Assembly (NCBI RefSeq): GCF_009914755.1
Contig: NC_060928.1
Reading direction: 5' to 3' (one strand)
Source: the human T2T-CHM13v2.0 reference genome, Homo sapiens
DNA length: 64,000 nucleotides
In this document: positions 60,995 through 64,000 of the stretch, one piece after another
How positions within the stretch are numbered: the stretch's first letter is position 1
Layout: the number at the start of each line of letters is the position of its first letter
Notes under the pieces: model-generated
What the model saw: the letters and a program-made list of their open reading frames with translations, nothing else
The model's database searches: none
What the model was told of the DNA's origin: nothing
Program-made: the position numbers and the translations under genes

Positions 60995-61870
60995 ATTATT
61001 CATTCATTTAGTTGATACACAAGTCAAACCTTGTTTTCATGGAAATTCTAACACTATAGGGGAGAGAGGCAAAAGTAAGTATTACAGATGGTCCAATTAC
61101 ATAGTATTTTAGGAGGTGATACATGTAATAAAAATAAAGCAATTTTATATAATAGTCAGGGTCCAGAAGCAGTATAGGGAATGAACAACATGGCTGTTTG
61201 GAGGAAGAATATTTCCTACAGAGTGCAAGGTCCTGAGGTGGAAACTTGCCTAGTATGCTGATAAAATGAAGGAGAACAGTGATGGCGGAGCACAGTGGGG
61301 AAGTGGTAGTAATAGAAAAGATTACAGAGTAACAAAGGACCAGCTAGTCTAAATTCTTGTAAGTCAGTGTAAGGACTTCAGTTTCTACCCTGAGAGAGCT
61401 AAGGAGCCATTGAATGATTTGTAGAGGAGATATATTGTGATTCCATTGCTAATAGGTTCACTCTGGCTGTTGCACTGAGAACAAACTTAAGGGAAACAGG
61501 AGTAAGGGTAAGAAAACCAGTTAGGTGAGTATTGTAGTAATTTAGGTGAAAAATGATATTGGCTCGGACTAAGGTAGCAGCAGTAGGAGTCTTAAGTGAT
61601 TAGATTCAACATATAATTTGAAAGTAGACATGACTAGATTTGCTGATGGATTGGATATGTATGAAAGATGAGATGAGCCAAGGATGCTTCCTGGAGTTTT
61701 GACCTGAGGCTCATATTTTGACCTCAGAAGATGGCAGTAGGAGTACGTTTTAGAGGAACGTCAGGAACTCTGTTTTGGATGTGTAAATCTGAGATGACCC
61801 TCAGACACTCAGATGGCGATGTTGAGGAGGCTGTCGTATTTAAAACTCTGGATTACTGACAAGGGTTTTA
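60995..61870 (-). mobile_element. L2 fragment
   Basis: aaggtcctgaggtggaa, ggagccattgaatgattt, tcactctggctg, gatttgctgatggattggat, ttttggatgtgtaa. Confidence 0.7.
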
Positions 61871-62637
61871 AACTAGAGGTATTAATTATTATATATAATT
61901 TCATGGAATTACGAGCCATATCTACTTTGTTTATTTCAGTGTGCCCCATACCTATACAACATCTAGTACTTACAAGGTACTTGAGAAATATCTGTTGAGT
62001 GAGTGAATACACAAACAGCGAGTCATGTGCTGGTAAATGATTTTAATCACAGGTACTCCTGGATAAACAACAAAAAACACAACTCCTGATTTGTAGTGTT
62101 TCCAGATTTCTGTGGTGTAAATACTTCTCCCATGACTTAAAGCTATCAAAGTAGTATCATCGAATATTACTTTGTATTCCAGTTGGGAAGAAATGTGCAC
62201 AACTGTTTCCTTCTAGGTGGTATAAACAGGCTCTAGAACACAACTGGGCCCACTGTTGATTAGTGATATAATCATAGACATACTTTCCCTTACTTACAGG
62301 AGTGTGTAACAGATAATTTTAAATAGTCTTGATACTTGGGCAGGTGTGAAGGAGAAACATCTTATAGATGATAATACAAGCTCAAAATAATGAACTTAAG
62401 CAAATATTAAAATCCTGTGTGACATAGCACAAGAAACACTACAAACACTGTGCTAATTTATCCCTGTAGCCTTCAGGCAGGCTTCTATTACTCCAAACAG
62501 GTGATGTCTCCTTATACAATTCTGGGGGAAATTATTTTACTGCTTACAACATATTATGATGTTACCAGGACTCTCTTGCCAGAACTGTCTTTACAATTTA
62601 TGTCAGACATCAAATGTGTTTTTAAAATGTTGCTGTA

Positions 62638-64000
<1,363 letters not shown>

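Overview
AT-rich primate (very probably human) genomic DNA from inside TACR3, the tachykinin/neurokinin-B receptor NK3R gene, which is transcribed on the minus strand. Only two coding exons are present: exon 2 (20154-20342, 189 nt) and exon 3 (18133-18283, 151 nt), both with canonical GT-AG sites. Sequence above 20342 is intron 1 and sequence below 18133 is intron 3. The rest is dense interspersed repeat: four young 5'-truncated L1PA copies, several older L1M elements, Alus, MIR/L2, hAT and Tigger/mariner DNA transposons and solo LTRs. Almost all supplied ORFs are repeat-derived or spurious. I see no evidence of a novel gene system. The most unusual signals are (i) a mosaic of rare variants and homopolymer frameshifts shared among the four young same-orientation L1s, suggesting local gene conversion or a common source lineage; (ii) a ~590-bp AT-rich minisatellite grown from an L1 poly(A) tail between its target-site duplications (TSDs); (iii) a ~172-bp locally templated duplication with a hairpin and microhomology at its junction; and (iv) twin-priming L1 inversions and deep transposon nests. 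Repeat subfamily names come from my recall of consensus sequences, not from a search, and boundaries of old repeats are approximate.
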